NCBI GenBank assembly: GCA_964607835.1
Contig: CAZSLL010000003.1
Span: 3,826 to 67,825, forward strand
DNA length: 64,000 nucleotides
Direction of reading: 5' to 3'
Origin: an uncultured archaeon
GTDB lineage: Archaea > Aenigmatarchaeota > Aenigmatarchaeia > QMZP01
Under the pieces are notes generated by a model that had not been told where the DNA came from, searched no databases, and saw only the letters and a program-made list of their open reading frames with translations. How positions within the stretch are numbered: position 1 is the first letter of the stretch; every line of letters begins with the position of its first letter. Position numbers and translations under genes: made by a program. Positions 28,665-37,745 of the stretch are shown here, one piece after another.

Positions 28665-29000
28665 CTACTTGTGCTCGTACTTTTCCTTGAGCTCGATGTC
28701 TATCTTTACGCCCTCTGGTATGTGAATCCTCACGACCTGCCTGAGGGCCCGCTCGTTGGAGCCTATGTCCACGATCCTCTTGTGAATTCTCATCTCCCAG
28801 CGGTCCCAGGTTGCGTTTCCGTGCCCGGTCCCGTCTCCGCAGGGGGTCTTGAGTGTCTGTATCCTGAACTTCTTTGTGGGAAGCGGTATGGGTCCCCTTA
28901 TGGAAACCCCGTATCTCTTTGCGATGTCCATAATCTGGTCTATTATGGTCTGCAGCTCCTCTGTGCTCCTTCCCGCCAGCTTAATCCTCGCGAATTCCAT
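28665..29000 (-). CDS. rps10: 30S ribosomal protein S10 (uS10)
   Basis: IRIKLAGRS ... IRGPIPLPTKK ... WEMRIHKRIVDI. Confidence 0.8.
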   Translation of the reverse strand: MEFARIKLAGRSTEELQTIIDQIMDIAKRYGVSIRGPIPLPTKKFRIQTLKTPCGDGTGHGNATWDRWEMRIHKRIVDIGSNERALRQVVRIHIPEGVKIDIELKEKYEHK

Positions 29001-29069
29001 TTCCTTCACCTTGATTGTTTTCCATGGCAAACCTTTTCTCCCCGCCCTTATGGACTGGACTGAAAGGCT

Positions 29070-29498
29070 CTATCTCTTTGACCTCTGCTTGTATCTCCTT
29101 GGACCCTGCGAGGACCTCGGGGGCTTGTGGGGTTCTGTCCTCCTGGGGTCGTAAGCCACCAGGCTCCTGTCAAGGGCAAGGTACTTCTTCCTGAGGTCTT
29201 CGCCCATGGCATGCACCAGGCCCTTTGCTATGGCCTGCCTGACCGCGTCCACCTGCCCGGTGTTGCCGCCTCCCTTGACGTTTATGCTCACGTCCCATGC
29301 CCTCCAGGCGTCTCCTGCTATCATAAGGGGCTCCTGCAGCCTGAGCCTGAACATCTCGTTCTCCACTGAGTCCACTGGGATATTGTTGATCCTGATGCTG
29401 CCCTTTCCGGCCTTGAACCTGGCCCTTGCTATGGCCTTCTTCCTCTTGCCCACCGTGAGGAAGGCCTTCTCCTTCTTGTCCTTTTTCTCTTCAGCCAT
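29070..29498 (-). CDS. rps9: 30S ribosomal protein S9 (uS9)
   Basis: GKRKKAIARARFKAGKG ... GGGNTGQVDAVRQAIAKGL ... C-terminal YKQRSKR. Confidence 0.85.
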   Translation of the reverse strand: MAEEKKDKKEKAFLTVGKRKKAIARARFKAGKGSIRINNIPVDSVENEMFRLRLQEPLMIAGDAWRAWDVSINVKGGGNTGQVDAVRQAIAKGLVHAMGEDLRKKYLALDRSLVAYDPRRTEPHKPPRSSQGPRRYKQRSKR

Positions 29499-29567
29499 TG
29501 TCTCTCCATCAGTCGCCGCAGGCGACTGCAGGTAACCGGTTCACTCCGGGCCTGTTATAACATCATC

Positions 29568-29996
29568 TTACCAGGTCTTCTTGGTCCCGACCTTCTGGGC
29601 CAGTTTCCCGAGCTCCATGTATTTTGACCTCAGGTTGTTCCTGGCGCCCTCGGGCCTCACGAAATCCTTTCCCTGGAGCTCCTCAGGCACGGAAAGGTAC
29701 ACCCTGAGCCTCTTGAGAGCCTCCCTGCCCCTGGGGGTCTTTGGGAGCATGCCCCTCACGAACCTCTTGATGACCTGGTCAGGCCTCCTGGGGTAGAAGG
29801 GCCCGTGGTATGGGTCTCCCCTCTCGGATTTCTCCCTCATTGTCCTCACGCTGTAGGAGGGGTCCCCTGACATCACTGCCTTCTCTGCATTGACTATGTA
29901 TATTGACCTGCCCTTTATAAGTTCCTTGGCTGTCACTGATGCCAGCCTTCCTGCGATGCAGTCCTGTGCGTCGTATATATTTTCCATCTGAATCAT
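29568..29996 (-). CDS. rpl13: 50S ribosomal protein L13 (uL13)
   Basis: DAQDCIAGRLASVTAKELIKGRSIYIVNAEKAVMSG. Confidence 0.85.
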   Translation of the reverse strand: MIQMENIYDAQDCIAGRLASVTAKELIKGRSIYIVNAEKAVMSGDPSYSVRTMREKSERGDPYHGPFYPRRPDQVIKRFVRGMLPKTPRGREALKRLRVYLSVPEELQGKDFVRPEGARNNLRSKYMELGKLAQKVGTKKTW

Positions 29997-30349
29997 CCAA
30001 GTATCCTTACCTTCTCTCCCTTGGGGTGCTTTTTCACGAGTTCCTCGATGGTCATTACAGCGCCCTTGGCTGCCTTTATCTTTCTCTCGGCCTCGTCGCT
30101 GAACTTCAGCGCGGCTATGGTAACGGGCTTGGTGAGCTCACCCTCCCCGAGCACCGCGCCCGGGACAATTGCCACCTGTCCCTTCTCCAGGTTCCTCTCA
30201 ATGAGCTTGAGGTTGACTTCGTGCCTCTTCCTGGTGGGCTTGTTGAGCAGCCTGGCTACCGCGTCCCATATGGGAGCCTTGTTATCGCTGCTGGCCATGT
30301 GGAGACCCTTTATGGTGTCCCTGAGCACAGGGTTCTTGTTCCGAATCAT
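29993..30349 (-). CDS. rpl18e: 50S ribosomal protein L18e (eL18)
   Basis: APIWDAVARLLNKPTRKRHEVNLKLI ... VAIVPGAVLGEGEL pattern; heads L18e-L13-S9-S10 cluster. Confidence 0.8.
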   Translation of the reverse strand: MIRNKNPVLRDTIKGLHMASSDNKAPIWDAVARLLNKPTRKRHEVNLKLIERNLEKGQVAIVPGAVLGEGELTKPVTIAALKFSDEAERKIKAAKGAVMTIEELVKKHPKGEKVRILG

Positions 30350-30649
30350 GTTCCTTCCCTATCAGGTGTCACCTTGCATATTCCCTGACACCTGCATGCA
30401 TTCCTGTCCTTCCGGTTCCTCTGGAACCGGCATGCATTCCGGTGCGAATCAGGCAGCAAAACCCAACACACTCCAGTTCTGTCGGGTGCTACACGCCCGC
30501 ATATACTCCGTTGCTTACTCGATTGGGCAGAAGCAGTTCGCACAGCCCTGCCCGGCGCGGCCCTGGCCAGCCGGAAGCAGTCCTGCGCTGCAACCGGTTA
30601 ACCAGTTAACCGATTACTAACCAATATACGCAGATAGGTATTTAAAAGT

Positions 30650-30850
30650 TTTCAGTCCCGCTTGCTGTTTGGGACAATGAGTGAGGGGGGCCGGATTTCC
30701 GTTGAGCCGGAAGTTGCCCCGAACATCAGTAAGTGGGCAACTCCTTTTGGCCCACGCCTTTTCTTGAAAAGGGCGTGTTTCGAACCGACGAAGGCTTCCC
30801 ACCCAAAGACCTGACAATCAGGTGACTGCGTCACCTGCAATCACTCCTGG
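30650..30850 (-). tRNA. candidate intron-containing tRNA (boundaries and anticodon unresolved)
   Basis: Minus-strand GTCGG-TTCGAAA followed by an about 85-nt insertion sharing the intron module seen at 13107..13188 and 17185..17262, then CCGGC-CCCCCTC-A; 5' half not located. Confidence 0.3.
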
Positions 30851-31114
30851 ATACCGGGTCTCAGGGAACTGAGCCACAGGATTCCTTATCACCTCCCGGA
30901 CAATGCCCGGAATCAAATCTCAAGGCGACCTTGAGTCCTGCCCCTTTGGCCGAAACCTCTTTCAGAAGAAATTTCATCAGGAAGGAGCGTCGCTTCACCA
31001 TTTCCCGCTCACTTCCACTGATGTTCCTCTGAAACGTCTTTGACCGCTCGGGAACCCCCTCGCTTGAGAAATATACCAATCAGCACTTTAAAAGCGTTGG
31101 AAAGCAGAAAATGC

Positions 31115-31789
31115 CTACTGTATGTTGGAGAGCTCGCCCTTGATTCTCTCCATCTGGTCGTAGATGCCCTTTATGTAGTTGTCTATCTCCTCGTTGTCGC
31201 TGCTCTCCACTTCCTTTATTGAGGTGGTCCTGGAGAGCCTGGAGTCCAGCATTGTTATGACGTTGTTGAAGTCGTCCAGGGCCTTGTGGGATATGGCTAT
31301 TCCCGTGGATATCTCCTTTTCTATGTCGTTCAGCGCATCCAGGGCATCCCTGAGGTTCATGGCGTATGACTTCAGCTTCCTTATCTGCCTCACCATCTCA
31401 GCGTACTTGTCAATCTTTATGAAAACCGGCGGAGAAGATGAGACGTCAGCAGCCTCCTCTGCGGCTTCGTATGCCTCCCTGGATGCTGGTTTGGGAACTG
31501 CCTGCCTTATGTCCATGCCTGGTGCCTGCTGTTTTGGTTGCTCTTTCCTGGGCTGCGGCATGGGCGCTGGGGCTGGCTTCTGCTCAGCCTCCTTTGCGGC
31601 CTGCGGCTTCTGTTCGGGCTTCTCTTTTCCTCCCTCAACCGGAGTGGGTGCGTCAGGGATATCGTTGGCCTGCCCCTGAGGAGGAGCGGGCGCCGGAAGG
31701 TCGTCATCCGGTCCTGGTGCAGGAGGGGGAGGCATCTGGGCGGAAGAGCCCTGAACCTGCCTCTTTATGTCAGGTAAATCAGCCATCAA
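31115..31789 (-). CDS. hypothetical Pro/Gln-rich protein with C-terminal coiled coil
   Basis: 224 aa; low-complexity N-terminus (PPPAPGPDDDLPAPAPPQGQ...), conserved-looking C-terminal helical domain. Confidence 0.4.
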   Translation of the reverse strand: MMADLPDIKRQVQGSSAQMPPPPAPGPDDDLPAPAPPQGQANDIPDAPTPVEGGKEKPEQKPQAAKEAEQKPAPAPMPQPRKEQPKQQAPGMDIRQAVPKPASREAYEAAEEAADVSSSPPVFIKIDKYAEMVRQIRKLKSYAMNLRDALDALNDIEKEISTGIAISHKALDDFNNVITMLDSRLSRTTSIKEVESSDNEEIDNYIKGIYDQMERIKGELSNIQ

Positions 31790-31889
31790 ATCACTGTAAT
31801 AATAATTGTCCCAGAGGTTATAAAAGGTTTTTTCAATGCGTAGTGCATTCCTGATAGTTTAATATGTCTCCTCTGACAAGTCTATACCA

Positions 31890-32501
31890 ATGAAAGGAAA
31901 AACTCCTTTATTCGCTCTGATTGCTGTGATAGTGATTGCCAGTGGGTGCACCACAGACACGGGCTCGCAGGAAGGCACAGGCAACCTTGTCCTTAGGATA
32001 ACAGACCAGCCCAGGCTCGACCTCGAGAGAGCGGAGGTCACCATCTCTGACATCCAGGTCCACATGGCACCTGGCGAGGAGAACGGCACCCAGTCGGCTG
32101 ACTGGGAGACCATTGTGGAGGGACCTGTCACCTACGATCTTCTGGAGCTTGTTGGTGTCGAGCAACTGCTTGGGGAGAAGGAACTCCAGGCAGGCATATA
32201 CAGCCAGATAAGGCTCAGCGTGGACAGCGCTTCTGTGACCATTGGCGGAGAGGACTCTGAGCTCACCATACCATCCGGTTCTGTGAAGCTTGTCCGGGCA
32301 TTCGAGATAATCGAGGGCGAGGACACCGAGCTCACCCTTGACTTCGACGCCCATGATTCCATCCACCCTGCAGGAGCAAGCGGAAGGTACATTATGAGCC
32401 CTGTCATCCGCGTGATTGGCCCCTCGCCAGGAGACGGCCGTGACAGTGATGGCAACCAGACCCAGGACAGCGGTGACGGCCCTCTTAACCAGTCCTCGTG
32501 A
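31890..32501 (+). CDS. DUF4382-like lipoprotein
   Basis: Signal plus lipobox-like IASGC; LVLRITDQP ... YDLLEL ... AGIYSQIRLSV ... IPSGSVKL ... LTLDFDAHDSI ... YIMSPVIRV follows the DUF4382 pattern. Confidence 0.5.
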   Translation: MKGKTPLFALIAVIVIASGCTTDTGSQEGTGNLVLRITDQPRLDLERAEVTISDIQVHMAPGEENGTQSADWETIVEGPVTYDLLELVGVEQLLGEKELQAGIYSQIRLSVDSASVTIGGEDSELTIPSGSVKLVRAFEIIEGEDTELTLDFDAHDSIHPAGASGRYIMSPVIRVIGPSPGDGRDSDGNQTQDSGDGPLNQSS

Positions 32502-32608
32502 GCCCTGTCAGGTCTCCTGCATAATGGCGCGTCCCTTCGGAATGAGTCTTCTGACGAGCTCAAGCTAATGCAGCTGGCCTGAAATAAATAAAAAAAGGGG
32601 CTGTGCCC

Positions 32609-33229
32609 CTATTTGTAGAAACCCAGTCCTGCTGAGACAGGAGAAAGGTACTGCATCCCGTGCAGCCCCGCGCAGGGGTCATTCTCCACCTGCTGTATTA
32701 TGGCGAATGCTCCCCATATTGAATGTCCAATCTCCTCTCCATCAGCCGTATGCCATGTTCCTTCATCCAATACAGCGTCATCAGGAACGGCCACAATCTT
32801 CACGAAGTAGTTCCATTTACATGTCTTTCCGTCCTGCTCGTACTCGCCGCTCTGGTGGTTGGTAAGCCAGGCACCTGAGCCTATATAGCTGTCATGGCCA
32901 TAATGTCTGTCCAGCAGACCGTCGCCGTCGCAGTCCTTGTTCGATATCCACGCATCGTTCCATTTCATGCTAAGCTTTACGTTTTTATATGGCTGGCACC
33001 ATTCTGCATCCCTGTACGAGTCGCAATAGTATCCGTTGAACAGGTGCGCCTGGTAGTTGTAACCCCATTCATCAAATCCAGTCTCTATGACAGAGCCGTC
33101 GCTTGCCAGGAGCTCGCCGCTCTGTATGGTAGTGCATTGCTGACCCTTGCCGTTCCCGTTTGGCGCGGCCATGGATATGCCCACCAGGAACAGGACAGAC
33201 AGCAACCCAGCAAAAATCTCCTTTCTCAT
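32609..33229 (-). CDS. hypothetical secreted protein
   Basis: Start at MRKEIFAGLLSVLFLVGISMA signal peptide, internal Met of listed ORF; Cys/Trp/Asp-rich body. Confidence 0.45.
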   Translation of the reverse strand: MRKEIFAGLLSVLFLVGISMAAPNGNGKGQQCTTIQSGELLASDGSVIETGFDEWGYNYQAHLFNGYYCDSYRDAEWCQPYKNVKLSMKWNDAWISNKDCDGDGLLDRHYGHDSYIGSGAWLTNHQSGEYEQDGKTCKWNYFVKIVAVPDDAVLDEGTWHTADGEEIGHSIWGAFAIIQQVENDPCAGLHGMQYLSPVSAGLGFYK

Positions 33230-33407
33230 TTCAACACCTCTTCTGTTGAACGTTGCAGAATTTGTGGATTTTTTCTTGCCGGGCCGGAATAAAAAACTTT
33301 CCCAAACCACGGCACGGAGCAATTACGATACATTTGATTCTGCTGTTCTCCGATTCTGGACAAAGCTCAGTGAGTTCCTGATCATGCCCATGGTCGCCTT
33401 ATCAGAT

Positions 33408-33962
33408 TCAGGGTGGGGGCTGAAAACCACTACCCTTCCGCGTCCATAGCCCGAGCAGGCCACTGCACATGAGCCGTTCCCGAATAATACCAAAGACCGG
33501 ACATTGCTCCCGGGAATTAGCCTCGGGCCCCAGCCATAGGGGACCCGAATATTTCCCTGATACCCCCCGAGTCACGGGGTGGATTCCTTTGACACACAAA
33601 ATAACCGACCTTTCTTTCTTCATGGCTTCAGGGGCATATCTGCACTCAATGTCTATGAGCCCAATTCCCTCAGGAAGATTTTCCGGAATCTTCTTGCTTG
33701 CAAGCAGGGCGCCTGCGCTTATGCCTATATAGCCTCCACCCTTTGAAACGAACTCCCTTATCTTATCAAAAGATTTCCCGAGGTCATGAAAAACCCTTTG
33801 TGTGTGCCCTCCTGGTATTATGATAGCCTGGTACTCGTCCAGCCTGTCCCTGAAATCCTGCTGGTCTATGAGATTGTAACCTATGCCCATATTATCCAGC
33901 GCATCGCCAACCTTAAAGTGGCTGGTCTCCGGCCCTGAATAGAGAGCTATAGTATTTTCCAT
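33408..33962 (-). CDS. class I glutamine amidotransferase-like fold protein
   Basis: YQAIIIPGGHT ... SKGGGYIGISAGALLAS nucleophile-elbow-like arrangement. Confidence 0.4.
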   Translation of the reverse strand: MENTIALYSGPETSHFKVGDALDNMGIGYNLIDQQDFRDRLDEYQAIIIPGGHTQRVFHDLGKSFDKIREFVSKGGGYIGISAGALLASKKIPENLPEGIGLIDIECRYAPEAMKKERSVILCVKGIHPVTRGVSGKYSGPLWLGPEANSREQCPVFGIIRERLMCSGLLGLWTRKGSGFQPPP

Positions 33963-34000
33963 GATTTAGATTCCTGGCTATTTGTTAAAAAGAAATGGGA

Positions 34001-34198
34001 TGCGCCGAGCGGGATTCCCGTACTCCTTTGCGCGCTTTAATGCGCAAAAGGGTTCATTCGAACCCGCGTCACAGGCTTGGAAGGCTTATCCCAATCACCG
34101 CCCCTGCCTTTGCCTCCGTTCCATCTGGAACGGTATTGGCGGATGGGGCTCAGGATTTCCAAGTGACTGTCTGGATCCTGCCACTAGACTATCGGCGC
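34001..34198 (-). tRNA. candidate intron-containing tRNA (anticodon unresolved)
   Basis: Minus-strand GCGCCGA-TA-GTCT-AGTGG at 5' end and GCGGG-TTCGAAT [42-nt intron GAACCCTTTTGCGCATTAAAGCGCGCAAAGGAGTACGGGAAT] CCCGC-TCGGCGC-A at 3' end; acceptor stems complementary. Confidence 0.4.
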
Positions 34199-34266
34199 AT
34201 TCATTCGAAAGAGTGTGGCATTGCTATGATTATTGCCCCATATCTATTTATATTTGGCTTGCGGGC

Positions 34267-34809
34267 TCAGAAATCGAAGCTTATCTCCTGATGGTCAGGG
34301 CTCCTGGGCTTTCTCTCCTCTTCCTTGACTGCCTCTTCTGCGGACTCCTCTGGCTCAGGCTCCTCTTTTGGGGGCTCGGTCCTGGTCTGGGGGATGCTCC
34401 CGGAAATCTTCTTTGCCATTGCATCCAGGGCAGGCTCCTCCTGCTTCCTGACCGGGAAAACGCTCTCCAGGCCCATTCCCCTCTCAGCCTCTGTCCTGGG
34501 TATAACGTGGAAATGCACGTGCGGGACGACCTGGCCTGCCATCTGGCCGTTGCTCTGGGATATTGATATGCCCTTGGCCCCCGTGGCCTTCTGCACCCCT
34601 ATGGCCACCTTCCGGATGGCCTTCATGAGCTCTGCTGCCTGCTCCTCCCCTATGGAGAGTATGTCCTGGGCGTGCTCTCTGGGTATGACCAGTGTGTGCC
34701 CCGGGTTCCTGGGGTTGATGTCCAGGAAGGCAAAGCTGTGTGAGTCCTCGTAAACCTTCTTGGATGGAATCTCGCCTGCGGCTATCCTGCAGAATATGCA
34801 CTCGTCCAT
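34267..34809 (-). CDS. HIT family protein (histidine triad) with acidic C-terminal tail
   Basis: CIFCRI ... HVHFHVIPR histidine triad. Confidence 0.75.
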   Translation of the reverse strand: MDECIFCRIAAGEIPSKKVYEDSHSFAFLDINPRNPGHTLVIPREHAQDILSIGEEQAAELMKAIRKVAIGVQKATGAKGISISQSNGQMAGQVVPHVHFHVIPRTEAERGMGLESVFPVRKQEEPALDAMAKKISGSIPQTRTEPPKEEPEPEESAEEAVKEEERKPRSPDHQEISFDF

Positions 34810-34813
34810 GCCA

Positions 34814-35248
34814 TCACTTTGGAATCTTGGACTTAATCTTTTTAACTATTTTCCCCTTCTCTGCGTCAGAGACCCTTTTTATGGGCAGGATGCCCTCTAT
34901 GCTCACGGGGTCCTCGTTGGCGAACCTTGGGATTATGTGGAAATGGATGTGCCTTATGAGCTGGCCCGCAGATGAGCCGCTGCTCTGCGCAAGGGTGACG
35001 CCGTCCGCTGTGGTCCCTTCCACAATGCCTTTGGACACCTTCCTCACGGCCTCGAACAGGGGCCCGGCCTCCTTTTTGGGGAGGTCGAATATGTCCTCGT
35101 AGTGCTTGTTGGTGACCACCACGGTGTGCCCCGGGTTCCTGGGGTTGATGTCCAGGAAGGCAGTGGCGTGTTTGTCCTGGTAGACCTTCCAGGCCTTTAT
35201 CTTGCCCTTCACTATGTCGCAGAATATGCACCCTTCCTTGCTCTCCAT
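34814..35248 (-). CDS. HIT family protein (paralogue)
   Basis: CIFCDI ... HIHFHIIPR; tandem to previous HIT gene. Confidence 0.75.
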   Translation of the reverse strand: MESKEGCIFCDIVKGKIKAWKVYQDKHATAFLDINPRNPGHTVVVTNKHYEDIFDLPKKEAGPLFEAVRKVSKGIVEGTTADGVTLAQSSGSSAGQLIRHIHFHIIPRFANEDPVSIEGILPIKRVSDAEKGKIVKKIKSKIPK

Positions 35249-35439
35249 GATGAATCCCTTTGTATTGATTATTGCCTCGCCGGGTTTAAATATCCTGCCG
35301 GGGAACCTCTAAACCATTTATATACCTGCTCCCTATCTCATTCTATCAGTGGGGCCGTGGCGTGAAGCCTTTACGGGAGCTTGCGCTTCCACAAAGGTTT
35401 CATCCAAATGGTCATGTCCCCACGATGTAACAATGCGAT

Positions 35440-35635
35440 GGGGCCGTGGTGTAGCTTGGTCTAGCATTGCGGCTTTGGGCATCCTGTCCGGAAAGAATAA
35501 AAGCATTCGCCGGATGGAATAAAAAGAGCCGTTGACCCCGGTTCAAATGAACCCTTTAGCACAGGTAAACGCGCTAAAGCGTTCGCGGAAAGACCGCTCC
35601 CGCAAAGGCGCGGTTCCGGAGTCCGGGCGGCCCCA
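35440..35635 (+). tRNA. intron-containing tRNA, probably tRNA-Pro (TGG)
   Basis: GGGGCCG-TG-GTGT ... GCGGC-TTTGGGC anticodon loop candidate; CCCGG-TTCAAAT [74-nt T-loop intron 35549..35622] CCGGG-CGGCCCC-A; further extra sequence near anticodon stem. Confidence 0.45.
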
Positions 35636-35644
35636 TCAGAAAAA

Positions 35645-35809
35645 GCCTCGGTAGCTCAGTTGGTACCACCCGGCCCAGGCCGGAAGGCAGCAAAGAGCGA
35701 TCGCCTCGTATGACCCTTTGGCAACTGTGAACGTGCCAAACCGTCAACGGAAACAACGCTTCCGCAAGGGGAGAGCGATAGGTCGAGAGTTCAAACCTCT
35801 CCCGGGGCT
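35645..35809 (+). tRNA. tRNA-Thr: tRNA-Thr (CGT) with D-loop and anticodon-loop introns
   Basis: GCCTCGG-TA-GCTC-AGTTGGTA [29-nt intron 35666..35694] GAGC-G-ATCGC-CTCGTAT [63-nt intron 35712..35774] GCGAT-AGGTC-GAGAG-TTCAAAC-CTCTC-CCGGGGC-T; exons total 73 nt. Confidence 0.6.
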
Positions 35810-37506
35810 TAAAGAATCAGATTGAGAAGCCCGCCCACGAGAACAGCCATGCATGCCATTATTAGGGCTGACTTCGCCATGTCCCTGGCGCCGAGCTCTC
35901 TTAACAGCACCATGAAGGTGGCCACACAAGGGAAGTACATTGTAAGAACCACGCTTGCTATCACAAGCTGCTTGAAGTCCAGCCCGAGGGGAAGCAGCAT
36001 GCCCACTGCCACGTCCTTTCTCAGGAACCCAACCACAAGGGCCCCTGCCGATTCGCCGGGCAGGCCCATGATTCCGGTCACTACGGGCGAGGAAAGGAAG
36101 GCTATTATGTCTATTATCCCTGATGCGTAGAGCACGTTTATTATGAGCACCCCGAGCAGGACGTAGGGGATGGCCTCCTTCAGGAAGCCCCTTATCCTCA
36201 TCCAGAGCTTCTTTGCCAGAGAGCCCCAGAAGGGGAGCTGGTAGGGGGGTATCTCTATGAATATCTCAGGGCTCCCGCCCTTCATTATCCTGTTCAGCGC
36301 CAGGCCAAGAGCCAGCCAAACCAGGAAAAGCGTGGAGAAAACTATCCCAAGCCCCCAGGGCCCGTACCTGCCCAGGAGCCCCACCACCATGGCAATCTGT
36401 GCCATGCAGGGAATTGCTATTGCCATTAGAGTGGCTGCTATGAACCTCTGCCTCTTTGTCTCCAGTATCCTGGTCGAGAGGGCCCCCGGAACGTTGCACC
36501 CCAGACCAAGGAGCATGGGAACCACGGAAAGGCCGTGCATGCCCATCCTGTGCATTATGTTGTCCATTAACGTGGCCAGCCTGGGAAGGTATCCGCTGTC
36601 CTCGAGGACCCCGAGAATGATGTAGAAGGCGAATATGTAGGGAAGGACCATGGCTATGGGCACGTAGAGCCCTGTGGTGAGAAGTCCCATGGACTGCACG
36701 TAGTCAATCTGCCCTCCGATGAGCCTTCCTATGAGTATGTCCCTTATGAATCCAGGGCCCAGGGCTTCATTCAGCCCCATAGCCAATACAGAGTATGCGC
36801 TGAATATGGGGTCGAACACAAGTGATATCATGGCCTCGCCCACGAGCCTTATGAGCATAAAGGCCAGGAATATTATCCCCACTGCCATGGGTATTCCCGT
36901 GAGCGGGGTGATGCTGGCGTCCCCGAGCCTGTCCAGAAGGCTCTCCTTTCTCTTTGTTATCCTCTCTGTTTTCTTTATTATCTCCCCTATTCTTGCCCAC
37001 CTTTCGCCGTCGCTCCTCTTTTCTTTATGTGCCCTGGCGTCCCTGAGCCTTGAGACCAGCTCCTTGACGCCCTCTCCTGTGACAGCCACTGTGGGCACAA
37101 CAGGCACGCCGAGCATCTTCTCCAGCTTCTTTGTGTCAATATTTATGCCTTTTCTCTTTGTCCTGTCCCATAGGTTGAGGGCCACTACCACTGGAATCCC
37201 CTTCTCCAGAAGCTGGAGGGTCAGGTAAAGGTTCCTTTCCAGATTGGTGGCGTCCACCACGTTTATGACAACGTCCCCTTCTTTGAGCACCCTGACCGGC
37301 ACTTTCTCTGCTTTTGATGTGGGCTCGAGTGTGTAGGTCCCTGGGACGTCTATTATCTCTGAGAGGCCTCTGTTGAGCTTTATCTTGCCCCTCTTCATCT
37401 CCACCGTGGTTCCTGGGTAGTTGGATATGGTGACGTTCACGCCCGTCAGCCTCGAGAACATGGCTGACTTGCCCACGTTCTGGTTTCCCACAAGAAGTAT
37501 CCTCAT
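35809..37506 (-). CDS. feoB: ferrous iron transporter FeoB
   Basis: N-terminal GTPase LVGNQNVGKSAMFSRLTG ... DVPGTYTL plus polytopic permease domain. Confidence 0.85.
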   Translation of the reverse strand: MRILLVGNQNVGKSAMFSRLTGVNVTISNYPGTTVEMKRGKIKLNRGLSEIIDVPGTYTLEPTSKAEKVPVRVLKEGDVVINVVDATNLERNLYLTLQLLEKGIPVVVALNLWDRTKRKGINIDTKKLEKMLGVPVVPTVAVTGEGVKELVSRLRDARAHKEKRSDGERWARIGEIIKKTERITKRKESLLDRLGDASITPLTGIPMAVGIIFLAFMLIRLVGEAMISLVFDPIFSAYSVLAMGLNEALGPGFIRDILIGRLIGGQIDYVQSMGLLTTGLYVPIAMVLPYIFAFYIILGVLEDSGYLPRLATLMDNIMHRMGMHGLSVVPMLLGLGCNVPGALSTRILETKRQRFIAATLMAIAIPCMAQIAMVVGLLGRYGPWGLGIVFSTLFLVWLALGLALNRIMKGGSPEIFIEIPPYQLPFWGSLAKKLWMRIRGFLKEAIPYVLLGVLIINVLYASGIIDIIAFLSSPVVTGIMGLPGESAGALVVGFLRKDVAVGMLLPLGLDFKQLVIASVVLTMYFPCVATFMVLLRELGARDMAKSALIMACMAVLVGGLLNLIL

Positions 37507-37736
37507 TCAACTACCTCTACGAGTATCTTGTTCGCCATGCCCCTCCCAAGTGATATCCGCCTTCCGCACACCTCTATGACCACAGGCCCCCTCAGGGGCT
37601 GGGAGGCAATCTTCCTTATGACCTTGCCCGTCCTTATGTTGAGGCATGAGACCCTTTTCATGAACTCTGCGCCCCCTGCTATTGACATTATCCTCGCCCT
37701 GCTTCCCACCTTCATGTCAGCCAGAGAAATCTCCAT
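37503..37736 (-). CDS. feoA: FeoA
   Basis: 77-aa SH3-like FeoA (MKVGSRARIMSIAGGAEFMKRV...G) overlapping feoB start. Confidence 0.7.
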   Translation of the reverse strand: MEISLADMKVGSRARIMSIAGGAEFMKRVSCLNIRTGKVIRKIASQPLRGPVVIEVCGRRISLGRGMANKILVEVVE

Positions 37737-37745
37737 ATTAACTCC

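Noticed and set aside
30021-30620. 199-aa ORF antisense to rpl18e
   Set aside because: Antisense to a conserved ribosomal protein gene; Ser/Leu-rich low complexity
30861-31079. 72-aa ORF adjacent to the candidate tRNA at 30650..30850
   Set aside because: Overlaps intron-like repeat sequence; Ser/Arg-rich; likely non-coding
33340-33480. Possible additional tRNA near the 3' end of the 33408..33962 gene
   Set aside because: No acceptor/D/T-arm pattern could be assembled by eye
35574-35929. ORFs 35574..35756 and 35744..35929 (-)
   Set aside because: Overlap the tandem tRNA genes and the feoB 3' end; no coding signal
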